A stretch of DNA of 64,000 nucleotides from Mytilus edulis (taxonomy: Eukaryota), in assembly GCF_963676685.1 (NCBI RefSeq), contig NC_092344.1, forward strand, positions 31,620,001-31,684,000. Reading direction: 5' to 3'. A program made the position numbers and the translations under genes. Shown here piece after piece: positions 22,001-34,600 of this stretch (position 1 is its first letter; each line of letters starts with the position of its first letter). Below the pieces are notes generated by a model. That model worked only from the letters and a program-made list of their open reading frames with translations, had not been told where the DNA came from and did no database searches.

Positions 22001-25000
22001 TTCGGTGGTGCAATACTTTTTTTTCCATGTGTATATAATTTAAAACGTTGATTCTAATCTAAAGACATTATAACATGATTGCTGTAGAAAATAAACTCAT
22101 GTTATTTTCTATTTCAAAAATAAGTAATATAAATTTGATTCAAAAGTTTACTTAATCAAATTTTATATCATATCCAGCAAATATGTTGTTTGATTAATAT
22201 CAGGCGGCAAAATGTGCATGCAGATTCAGGAAGAGAAAAACTTAAAAATAAGAAAACAATGTAGGGTTCGCTAAAAATTATGTTGACCGAGACAAAGGGT
22301 TGAATATTCACATTCGCTTCTGGGGCATGGTTTTCGATCGTATCATAAGATATGCCATACGATGTATCTTAGGACATATTTTATTATCTTCTTATGACTA
22401 TCATATGATATGTAATATGATGTCAATCAAAGCTATCGTAAGATAGTCATAGCTATGATGATCTTATGACTGTCATAAGTGAACATTATATTCTATCATT
22501 TTAGATAATGATTACAAAATGATGAAAATAAATGTAAAAATGAAAGTATGATCATATTAATTATTACCATTCTTTGTATTTAAGAATATTTTTTTTCCAT
22601 TCTATTGAACATGAAATTTCATACAAAAAGGAATTAAATATGGTTTGATAATTTGTTTAAATTTAGTTTGTAATATATAATAAATATTGAACTTCGCATT
22701 CATGTGTTATCATACATGCATTGTTTTTAATTGTGAATACTTTTAAGATTATCAAGTACCCGCTTAACAAAATGCCCGTGCAAATACGTTAATATAGTAC
22801 TTTACTAGGAAAGAAATAATATGTATATTTATTATACAAAACCATGAATTAGAAAATTATTCCAAAGTGTATGTCGCAGGAGATTAAAGTTTTAATTTAA
22901 GTTGTTGAGAAAAATAAAATATTTACTATTTAGCCAAGGGTTCGCTAAAAATTATGTTGACCGAGACAAAGGGTTGAATATTCACATTCGCTTCTGGGGC
23001 ATGGTTTTCGATCGTATCATAAGATATGCCATACGATATATCTTAGGACATATTTTATTATCATCTTATGACTATCATATGATATGTAATATGATGTCAA
23101 TCAAAGCTATCGTAAGATAGTCATAGCTATGATGATCTTATGACTGTCATAAGTGAACATTATATTCTATCATTTTAGATAATGATTACAAAATGATGAA
23201 AATAAATGTAAAAATGAAAGTATGATCATATTAATTATTACCATTCTTTGTATTTAAGAATATTTTTTTTTCCATTCTATTGAACATGAAATTTCATACA
23301 AAAAGGAATTAAATATGGTTTGATAATTTGTTTAAATTTAGTTTGTAATATATAATAAATATTGAACTTCGCATTCATGTGTTATCATACATGCATTGTT
23401 TTTAATTGTGAATACTTTTAAGATTATCAAGTACCCGCTTAACAAAATGCCCGTGCAAATACGTTAATATAGTACTTTACTAGGAAAGAAATAAAATGTA
23501 TATTTATTATACAAAACCATGAATTAGAAAATTATTCCAAAGTGTATGTCGCAGGAGATTAAAGTTTTAATTTAAGTTGTTGAGAAAAATAAAATATTTA
23601 CTATTTAGCCAAGGATTTGTATAGTAAGACTATACAAATCCTTGATTTATCTTAATAAGAAAAACAGCAAATATTTTTATTGCAATTAACATGACATTAT
23701 ACATGAAAATTTAATTAAAAAATAGTTGATAATCATAAGATCATCATAAGTCATGTCGCGAGGGTTCTCAAATCACGACAGAAGTGATGTCAAATCGTAA
23801 CTTTCGAAAACAGATCTTACGACTATGACACGTCCTAAGACCACCATAAGACATGTCGTATTCATAAGCTACTTTCGAAAACAAGGCCCCTGATCCATAA
23901 CTAGTTATTGCATATATATTACGTAGAAATCGTATAAAACTATATCGGGAGCAATTCTGCAGTCTGGTAAGTTGTTCTTGGCCGACGGTATATTTTTCAT
24001 GAAATGATTGCAGTGCTGTAGTGCTATCACTGATTAAATCAAATTACACACATGTAAAAACCATTCATGTAGAATTATCAGAGACGAGTATTTACACATT
24101 AGAAACAACGCATAAAACCAGTAAATGAATTTTTTTTATCTACATGTCTATTGCAATTTCCATCTTCTATCTAGAATGTCTCTGCAGAGATGGGAAGTCC
24201 ATAAACAGTGACAAAATCAAACGCTATCAATTGACGGAACACGTGAAAAAAAAGCAGCTGCCTTTTTCTATTATATGTGCAACCGAAAATCTATATAGAT
24301 GTATATTGCGTTTCATCAATGTTAAAATACTTTTGTATATTTATATATGTTCCTCCTTCAATATTTTTCAATTAGAAATAGATAAAGATTTGGTATTTTT
24401 TCAGTTTTGGAAGTTTATGGCGAATACTGTTACTACTATTATTCATCCTACTATGGTTATTACTATGAATGTGATAGTACAACAAGTGGGTATGTAACAT
24501 TCGTTTCACAGGAATTCTACAGGAATTTACTGAAATGTCTTTGTCAACAACAAAACTTCGTGACCGAGATTCAAAATTGTCGAACATGTTAATGGTGAAT
24601 ACTGCTATGACTACATTTACCTTGTTTATTTGGGATATCACATCAATGATTTTGTTTGTTGTTTTGTTTTTATTAAGCATGACTAATATTTTTTCTGTCT
24701 ATGAAAGATAAGATAAAAAAAATTGGTGCACACTGCATAACCCGCGTAGTGGGTTATTTAAAATGTGCACCAATTTTTTTTCATATGTTATTTTGAATAG
24801 GCAAAAAAATACTACAGTCATTTCTTATAATCTAATTCTTTTTTCCATTTTTAACCGGAGTAAATCATGAAAAAACGTCGGTGACGTCACGGTCACATTA
24901 TGTCAAACTGACCATTCTAGAGAAAATGGTTGATTGATTTCTAATTTACGTCCAGAGGCAAACATTGGATAGATTTCCGGACGATAATATAACTATGTTC

Positions 25001-26801
25001 GTGATAAATAAATATAACATTCTTTGTACTAGACAGGTATGCTGATCATAAACAATCCTTTATCTGGATCTTTAAACTTTGCTTATATATTTGATATACA
25101 TTATTTATTGATACTTTATATTTACCGTTTCAGTGGTACCATAGCCGGGGCGGTAGTAGGAACTATAATTTTTATAGTTATCATTGTTGTAATTATTGCT
25201 ATCTGTAAAAACCACAACAGAACAAGGATAACAACTATTCGTACCCCTCACACTGGGGGAACAACTGTTATAACACAACAGCAGCAACAACAAGGTAATC
25301 TGAATAACAGAGAATATGAAAAAATCAGGATAATTTCTGGTTTTGATGCATGTTCTTGTTCACAAAAAAAATAAAATTATTTTTGAAGATCTGCATATAT
25401 GGTTGGTATGGAAAACAGGTCTCCGGGTGCGGGAGTTTCTCACTGCACTGAAGATCCATTGATGGCCTTCGGCAGATGTCTGCCTTTTAGTCTTGTTGTT
25501 GTCTCTTTGACAAATATCCCTATTTCCATTCTCACTTTTATTAGGTTATTATCTTTTCTTATCTTTAATAAACATATCACAAGAATGGACATGCTTAACC
25601 AAGATTTCTTTTTTTCTTAATCATTAAATTGGCTAAGCATACGTGTCAACCTTTTAACAACACACCAATCATTGACATGTTAAAAAATGTTAATAAGCTT
25701 CGATCTCTTGCTTAGTGTCATACACAGTTTAAAATGAAAAAAAGGTAATAAAAATAATTCTCAATTACACGGATATTTGTATCTGTAATGATCAAAACCC
25801 TGAATATCTAGCATGTGCATAGTCTTCGTTCCTTGAAAATTGTCTAATTCATAGTTATGTTTGTTTGTAGTATCAATATTTATTTGTAATTCAATTTCAT
25901 TTAGTTAAACAATATGATACATTTTTTTTGCGGGTTCATTGTCCCATTCAGCAATTATTATACACAGTGACCTGTCCAATTGGTCATCGAATCACGCAAA
26001 AAAGTCGACGCAAAAAAAACCAACCCAAAAACCTAAACGATCTACAATATTATTTATTTGTCTCGGCTTCTGCAAATGAATTTGTTCCTTCAATTTTTCA
26101 CTTGTTTTTTAGTCCACTGGTAGTGAGTTACAGTATCAAATACCATTAAGGAAAAGTCCATGTGCTATTTTTTTTATTTTGGTTTAGAAATTTTAAATAT
26201 TGTGACCATCGATACCATCGAACAAATAAAAAAAAAATATACAAAATTGTTCATTGACGTCCGATGTACCGTCAGAGGCAAATATTACATACATATTTGA
26301 GACGATACTTTAATTATGTTATTGAATTGATAACTTTCTTTGTACTGGGCTGGTCATAAACACTCCCTAATTTTTATCAAGTAAATAAACAACTTTTATG
26401 CTAAAAAAAAAGGATGAAGGGAAAAAAAACATTATATCTTCAAGTTCTTTTGAAATAAGAATAATGTGTGAAGACGTAGACGGTTTAAAAAGCTCATTCT
26501 TTTCAAGTGTTTAAGCATCAACTTATAGAGAAAAACTTGTACAGAAAATATAATAGCCATTTTCAAGCTTAATTAGCAAGAAGACATCAAGCTTTTTAAA
26601 GGAAAGCTTTACGATTGAGTAGTAAAAAACAGTTTATAATGGATATATTTCGATGTTATTGTCATTTCAGCTCAACCACCAATGATGTATGGTCAGTATC
26701 CTCAGCCAGGAGGCGGAATGTATAATCAACCACCAGCGTATCCGCCGCCTCAACCAAACTATCCACCACCTCAAGGAAGCTATCCACCACCGAGATACTA
26801 G
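19059..26801 (+). CDS. Small type I membrane PPxY protein, copy 2 (143 aa); exons 19059-19113, 24405-24489, 25134-25294, 26671-26801
   Basis: Open spliced frame; loop EYCYYYYSSYYGYYYECD, TM GTIAGAVVGTIIFIVIIVVIIAIC, Q6, tail NQPPAYPPPQPNYPPPQGSYPPPRY*. Confidence 0.9.
19208..20048 (+). repeat. About 1.9 tandem copies of a 441-bp unit with a tRNA-derived segment, inserted in a (TA)n tract
   Basis: Units start at 19208 and 19649. A-box GGTGGTCGTGTGGTCTAG and B-box GGGTTCGAATCCC lie within 19350-19443 and 19791-19884. The paralogous site 17626-17659 holds only (TA)n. Confidence 0.8.
20219..20451 (-). mobile_element. 5'-truncated PLE 3'-end copy flanked by TGTTAA direct repeats
   Basis: Reverse complement of ~52050-52282; TGTTAA at 20213-20218 and 20452-20457; empty site near 17805. 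Confidence 0.8.
20768..22033 (-). mobile_element. Tc1/mariner element with decayed transposase (partial end copy also at 18122-18428)
   Basis: TIRs TACTCATGGAAAAAAGTATTGCAACACC and TACACATGGAAAAAAAAGTATTGCACCACC with TA flanks. HTH ending in RSGRP (ORF 21551-21766) and PWPDRCPDLNHIEHIWD (~21260-21315). Confidence 0.9.
22263..23613 (+). repeat. 674-bp near-identical tandem duplication
   Basis: Units start at 22263 and 22937 and differ at only a few positions; AGG microhomology at the junction. Confidence 0.9.
22322..23890. mobile_element. Probable PIF/Harbinger-like MITE whose left part lies within the 674-bp duplication
   Basis: GGGGCATGGTTTTCGATCGTATCATAAGA at 22322 (again at ~22995) against the reverse complement GGGGCCTTGTTTTCGAAAGTAGCTTATGA ending at 23890; internal CATAAG/CTTATG repeats; no clean TSD. 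Confidence 0.5.
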
Positions 26802-27994
26802 CAGTTTGTCGACTACAAGCAAACTATCAACAAAGATATAAACAATGTTTTAAATTCATACACTACTAGTTCTATATTGTGAAAAAAATATATTTCTCAT
26901 ATATTTTTTTTTTTTATCTTATATCATTAGATATATTATCCACTGAGTAAGACATACATTCCTAGAAAATTATATATGATAAATGTACTTTTTACAATTA
27001 ATAAACTGTTTTTTCTGTTATAAAAACCTGGTGATAAATGTAAAGTCTTCTGTTTTTCATGATAAACTAAAAGGAATATTTTGTGTTCATTAACATTTTG
27101 ATGCTACAAAAATGTCCTCTACAATGAAATAAAAAAAAAAAAATGTCTAGTTGGATTTTAATAGCATATGACGATTAGTTACTTAATATTTTAGATTAAT
27201 GAGGTGCCATCGTTTTGAGCAATCATATATCGCAAAAAAAAAAATTAAAAAAAATCGAAAATGAAATTGAGATAAGCACTGAAAATGTTGATACCCTGGT
27301 AAGTTTTCCTGGATTGAGGTTAAGTTATATTTGTGATTATTTTATTCGATTGTTTTGTCAAAGTGCCGTTTGTATTTCGTTCACCATGCAAACGAAAATT
27401 GATACCAAAAGATTAACAATAAATTTTCGATATATTGTTAAAGTATTGTCACGTACAGAACACTTACAAAGCTATTATAAAAAGGTCGTCTTAAGCATCT
27501 CAAAATATGGTAGCTTCTTTAATTGAATACTTAACCATTCCATCGATCTTCATTGATAACAATGTTCCTTCAAATCAGCAAATTCAAATCAAGATCTTAT
27601 TTCATATCATTCGGTTGTCTGCCAAATCGTTTTTACAGCTACACGTGGATGTCATTGCATGCAATAAAGCTATCCTAAACAATTATTTATAAAAATGCCA
27701 TTCATTTTCTTATATATTATATTATTCGGTTGCATCACTAGTTTTAGAACAAATTGAAAAGAAATGGCATGGGGTAAGTATCCATGACTCAACATATATA
27801 TGTAAAGCAACCCAACGTGCTTTTGTTGCTATTCTTTACCTCGAAATGACAGAGAGGCCATCAACACATAGCGAAAACTCTCATTTGACTGCAGGTATAA
27901 GTCGGCCCCTGACACCAGCTTGATCTGGATTCTTTGCAAACTGGCTCCTTCGCCCACACACTATCAAAAAAGTCTGGTTGCTAAAAAAAAATAA

Positions 27995-28145
27995 GAAGAT
28001 GTGGTAGGATTAGAAATGGGACAGCTCTGCACAAGAGACCAAAATAACAAGAAAATTAAAAACTAAAGGTCATCGTTCGACCGCAGCTCAACAATGAACG
28101 GAACCAACACCGCATGGTCAGCTGTAAAGGGCCCCGAAATGACAA
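27995..28145. mobile_element. SINE-like repeat fragment (family also at 3280-3480, 29977-30270, 63864-64000)
   Basis: Shared AGATGTGGTATGATTGCCAATGAGACA...GCCTTCAACAATGAGC...GCTATAAAAGGCCC-like sequence. Confidence 0.7.
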
Positions 28146-28610
28146 AAAAAAAAAAAAGAAAAAAGAAAGAAAAAAAAAATAACTGTCTGATATTTTATTT
28201 TCAAATTATTGTAACTTTTCCAATTTAATTTTTCGTAAAATCATTCTCCTTAAATATTATTTCTTTTTAAACTTTTGTTTAATTTAAACAGTATGTTTCA
28301 ATACGTTACATTGACCTTAAAATCAGAAACTTTCTGAATTTGAAATTCGACAACCTTTACTATTTCAATACTGAGGTAATTCATAAAAGTCCATTAACAG
28401 TACTCTTAAGCATAATAATCGAGTCTAATATATTATTCATGTCTATGTTTATTTGGTTGAGTGTCCCCATTCGAAAAACTATTATGATAATATTAGTTTA
28501 TCTGCATCAGCGACAAGGAGGACTTAACTCATAATAGTTTCATCTTGGATATGATACTGCTTCTAGTGCTTGTTCAACAATGAACATTATTGTTTATGCT
28601 GTTCATCATA

Positions 28611-28820
28611 GATACCAGGACTAAATTTAGTATATACGCCAGACGCGCGCTTCGTCTACAAAAGACTAATCAGTGACGCTCGAATCCAAAAAAGTTAAAA
28701 AGGCCAAATAAAATACGAAGTTGAAGAGCATTGAGGACCAAAATTCCTAAAAGTTTTGCCAAGTACAGCTAACGTAATCTATGCCTGAGGTAGAAAAGCC
28801 TTAGTATTTCAAAAAATTCA
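28611..28820 (-). ncRNA. Retrozyme-like repeat with a type I hammerhead ribozyme (28679-28636), core mutated
   Basis: Minus strand reads GCGTCA CTGATTA GTCT TTTGT AGAC GAAG CGCGCG TC TGGCGT; flanks are homologous to 63470-63680. Confidence 0.8.
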
Positions 28821-31683
28821 GAATAAAGCTGTTATTCTTTATAATTAACTATATTGTAAATTGTTAATCATTTTACTGATTTATCATCTCATTTTTCTTT
28901 TTTGAATAATTGTTTTCGAATTTCATCATTTCTTTCATACATCAAGTGTATGGGCGTTTTTTTTTTTTTTAATAAAAACGTACTTTCTTGTCCCAGCCAC
29001 TTTAAAAAAAATGTGTTTGATCTTTGCAAGTAATTTTTTTGTGCAGTCAGTACATTGAATTAGATATAACATTTTTAAGCAAAGAAACAGTTTATTTTTT
29101 AGAGGGATTGATAAGATATTGATTCCTGAATGGTCCAAAACAACCAAAATGGCATGTCCCTAGACCGCCTGTTCAACATTCATACTCTCAAATATCGTAA
29201 AAAAATGTAGAAATAAATATTAATTTTACTTAATATAAGTTCTTTAATAATTCAAAAGTATGTTTAGAGCCAACATATTTTAATAAACAGCTTTTAACAT
29301 AGGATTTTTTATTTTAGAAGGTGTGTCCCTAACACAATGTCCACTACGAAACGAAGTCATTAAAACTTGCTAATAAACAGTTTTATAAAAATCAATGTAT
29401 TTTTTTGTTTGCAAGAGATATAAACATTAGGGTCTTACAAAAGAAGTGATGCTTTTATAACGGCAATTAAACTGTTGGTAAGAAAAATTGAGCACATCAA
29501 ATGGACCAGAGTGATACCGTATTTTTGTAAATGTCCACTACGAAACGGGTCAAATCTCCTTCAGTATCTGGTTTTAAAATTGTGAAAAAAATATCAGTGT
29601 ACAGCTTAATAACGCTTTGATGAATACAGTCAGTCTTGTTACTATTGCAATATTGGGGTTGTGAGAAAAAAATAAAACATGTGAATACGTCCCCTACGAA
29701 ACGGTCCCCTACGAAACAGTACACAAATTATGAAAATTATATAATTTTAAAGAGTATTTAAGATTGCACTTTTTGTTTACAAACAAGTCTATAATAGAGG
29801 TATTCAAAATAACTCTTGTAAATAAATTTTAGACTAGTTGATTTTCCATTTTTTTTAGGTCTGAAAGGAACGCTTTTATTGAAAAACGCCCGTATAAGTA
29901 TGGGATAAATGTCACAAGCGTTATCATACTTGAGTCTATGATTTAAAGGCCTGTATATATTAATGTAAAAATGACGAGATGTGGTATGATTGCCAAAAAG
30001 CATGATAAGACAATTATCAACCAGAGTTTAAATGAAGTTAAGTACTAAGCAGTTACAGGCCCCTGTACGACCTTTAACAAAATGCAAAACCCAAACCGTA
30101 TTATCGGATTTAATACGAAGGCCCCGAATGAAAATAACAAAGCAATTTACGAAAATATGACACACATGAATCAACACCACAGGCTCCTGGATTTGAACAT
30201 ACAAACAAGGATTTTTAAAAATCACTTTACAAATCCTTGATACATATAAAGAATGTGACAGGTTAAACATGTGTGTGATGACCATGCAATGACAGTTGTT
30301 GAACAACACAACACACTGAAAACATCAGTTGCAACGGTTTAACTCAACAGATCGGTACGAAGCACAAAAACACTGACGTAAAAACAAATAATAAAAACAA
30401 CGAAACACGTATCCTTTCATATACTGAATGCTAGTTCGAAGAAAGTTACAACTAATAAATAAATCATGCACCCCCAGGGCTAAAGTTTTAATCAGTACAC
30501 ATCCAACGGATATAGTGTCAAGACGATTCAGAATGTGTTTATAAGTTATTCAGATGACCAATTAGTTTTCATGGATCGTATTTACGGTCAGTATAGATAT
30601 AATCATTGTGCAAATAAAGGATCTGCGATTTTCATTTTTTTCTAATAATTCTACAGACAAATTTTCATTTACATTCTGCGTGTCTGTGAACGAAATTGGT
30701 AAGGATGTTTATTGATTTATGGAAACGAAATCCCTGATGGTGATCAGGGTTTTGAATTTGATCGTTTCTAATAAAGATCAATGCATAAAAGGCCCCAACT
30801 AATATAAGGTGTTCTTCCTCATTTTCAAAGTTGAACTAGTTCTGTCAAATCTGCCCTGGTTAACTGTGATTGTTAGCTACATACATTTATACTCGTTTTC
30901 GTCATGTTACGACCTGAATGTATTGCTATTTCGAATGATATAACAAATAGTCTTTTAACAAACCTGTATTAAATAAAGAAATGTCTATATTGAAATAGCG
31001 ACTAATAAAATACACCAACTATAGAGAAATAAGCATATTTTACCATCTTGGGAAATTTCACTAGTGTAAAATACTAGTACATAGTTGACCCGTTATGTCA
31101 AAAGTGTCAACACTTTTAATACCCATGTCGTTCTTAAGTTTCAATAAAAAGACCGTTATATTTATTCATATTCTAATCCCCACCTTTCCTCTATGATATT
31201 TATTTAGATAAATGGTCAAATTATTATTATGATAAAAAAAATCAAATCTAAGATTTAAAAGCACACACGTTAAAATATTCACAACCGAAAACAACATATA
31301 AGCTTAAAAGTCAAGATAAAACACAAAAAACGTAAAGTCTAAATACGAAAAAAAACGCGAATCATGTTCATAGTTGGAATTAGGCAAACATTAAATTAAA
31401 AAAAAAATCATCTTTCTCCCTCTTTATCTATTTTTCTTTTTTTTTGGTTTTCCCTCGTCTCAAAATAGACATGCTACTTAGGAGAGATGTATTTACGCCA
31501 TCATTAAAATTAATTCTTTTTTAAGTATTTACATTAACGTTAAACAGATATAATTCTGCATTTACATCTGTAAACGGAAATTTCAACTTAAAAGGTGAAC
31601 ACCACTATTGTATATATCATATTTATTTGGTTAAAAGTACTTCATTTAGAACATTTGTTTTTCCTCACGTCAGAAAACTTACA

Positions 31684-34600
31684 ATGGATTACAAGCTCGT
31701 GCATAGTGTGCAGTACGACGACTGCAATGTTCAAAGAGGTACCAGTAATGAGTCCGAGTCCATGTGGTACAAGAGACCGGTATGGAAATGGTTCTTTGGG
31801 GGTCTAGCTATTGGTATGCTTATCTCTATTGTTATTTGCTTGGTTGCTGGAACTATTTTGTTCAAAGGATTTCCTAGAAATACTAATTGTGGTGAGTAGG
31901 CCGTTAAAATTATGGTAAATATCAATGATGGCTTTTCGTTATAAATTTTTTATGTAAGTTCGTGTTTTTTCTTGAAGGTGATTGCAACTAAATATGATTG
32001 TAAAAACAAATGTGTATGCCTTTAGATCATGATTTCATTCAATAAGATAAAAAAAAAACAATTGTGTATGCCTTTAGATCATGATTTCATTTAATAAGAT
32101 AACATGTATAGCACTTATTACTTTAAAACTGCAAGCTGTACAAATGTGCATTCTACTGAAGCCAGTTAGCTTCTATACAGTGGTACTTTTACACCGGGCC
32201 CCTTTTACACTGTCGTATGTATAATACCTTAAAACTGACTGATAGACAGTGAAAATTTAATCAATTCTAAAAAGTCGTCCTTTAGAAAATTTTATTGTAT
32301 TAAGAACAAATGAGAAAATCTTCCTTCGTATGAAATTTATGATGTATCAGTTAAACACATTCCTCTATCTATGTACAAGTAAATAGTCCTCATATGAAAC
32401 CCCGTAGACATATAAAACTATTAGTGTCGTGGTTATGATAATATTTTCATTCATAAAGATGCTCACATGTTCTAAAGAATGTTATAACATTAACGCCAAT
32501 TTTTCTGCAATAAATGTCTCTGTGATGCTCGAGGGTTAATCATTTGAAAATATAAAGCTTATAAAACAAAAAAAGAAGAGCTCAGAAATTAAAACGGAGA
32601 AAAAGGTACAGCCAAATAAAATTAGGTAAGGAATCTAAATTTGCACGAGGGAGATATATTCCTTAGTTTAGATCAATTTCCAAAAGTTTGTAACATATCA
32701 ACATATCAGATTGATTTGAATACGTTTTATTGTTGCAAACAGCAACCGTGACTCCGGATGATTTGATTGGGTTGATGTCTCTATGAAGCATGACACACAT
32801 TTGCTTATTCATGCATATACACAAATATCTTTATATATTTTTTTTCAGGATCAAGTCAAAGTTTGCAGTACCAGGTCAACACATCTTTTAAATTAATAAA
32901 AAATGAAGGAATTACTAACGGTCTAAAGCAGATGTCTACACCAGCGACAACTACTTTTTATCTACCCAAATCCACTACTGCTCTGAAAACAATACACACA
33001 TGCCAAGTTGCAGGTACTGTTAAATTTTCTTTCAAATCTTATTGTTATCATAATTGGACAACATTTTATATACGTTTTAATAAATCATAATTGATAGAGG
33101 TGACAACACTAACAAGAATATGTTTTAATTTTAATCATGGTGTTATAGTTATTTTTACAAACTTTAAAGGTTATGGCAAGGGTTGTGTAACTGCAAACAT
33201 GTTAACCCCAGCCAAATTCTGTATGAACCCTCCCGTATCAGGAGCCTGTAATTAAGTGGTTGTTGATTGTGGTTGTTTATCATGTTTTTGTCGTTCATTG
33301 TTATTGTTACTGTACATAAATCAGGCCGTTTGTCAATTCAGGGCTCTTTTAAACTAAATCTGTGGTATGGATTTAGCCCATTGTTGAAGGCTGTAGAATG
33401 ACCTATATTTGCTTGCATTTACGTCTGTTGGTATCTGGTTTGACGAATGTCTCACTGGCGATCATACCATAAATTCCTATTTTTATAAGATATTATGTCT
33501 AGAAACAATATTTGTTTTATTTTCAAAATTTAAGTGTACGCCCGGGCGTTTTGATGTAAACGTAGTTACGCGCATGACAAGATTGATTATTTGTGAGTAT
33601 TAACACCACTTTCTACACTTGGGATATATCCTGGATTCCAGTTATGATCGACGGGGGAAGCCGGAACTTCTTCAGATTAAGTCTCCCTATATAATTGTCA
33701 ACTTCTTTTCATTAAAATGCAATTGTTATTATTTTTCATAAGTTCTATCTTGTTATGTCTATTTGTTTGCTTTTCTTTGTTGTATACACCAAATAGTACA
33801 TCATGTTCATAGTTTGAAGAAATAATAGACACAATTAATGTAATTCTAATAACATATAAGAACTACTTATAAAGATATAAACAAGGTGAAATTGTATAAA
33901 CAAAGAAAACCTTGAATAAATGATCTTATTACAATTGTCTTATATTTCTGAATTGCCCAATCCGACACGTACGTATTATGTTGAGTACCATTTTCCTGTA
34001 CTACTCTCAGTCGTGTGATTTAAGGAGGTAATACACATTTTAAGAGACTTAGTGAAAATGATTGACTAGACGTTTTTGATCAAGTTGTTTACCCAAACCC
34101 CAACCCTCATTGTTTGGGTGCGTTTACGATGAATATTGTTTTCATTAAGTTCCATTCTAGTACGTGCACACTACAATATTGTTTTCATTAAGTTCCATTC
34201 TAGTACGTGCACCCTACAAGTATTGTTTGTAGTGTATTTAAGAATAAAAATAACATGAGCTCATAGATTACCGAACATAAGTTGAAATAATAAGAAAATC
34301 TTTAAACAAAAATAGATTTCAAAGAAAGGGAGGACGGGAGGCATTGCCCCAAGCGCTTATATATAGATAAGAATATTCGATTATCTTAGATGCTCGTAAA
34401 AAATAACAAGATTGTTATTGGCAGGAAATGGCCACAGCATTTATTAACAGATATGATATGTACTATTATATGAAATACAATTTGTGATATGATATATGCA
34501 CTATTATATGAAATGCAATTTGTGATATGATATATGTACTATTATATGAAATGCAATTTGTGATACATGTAGATTTTTGAACTAAAATTAACTGATAAAA

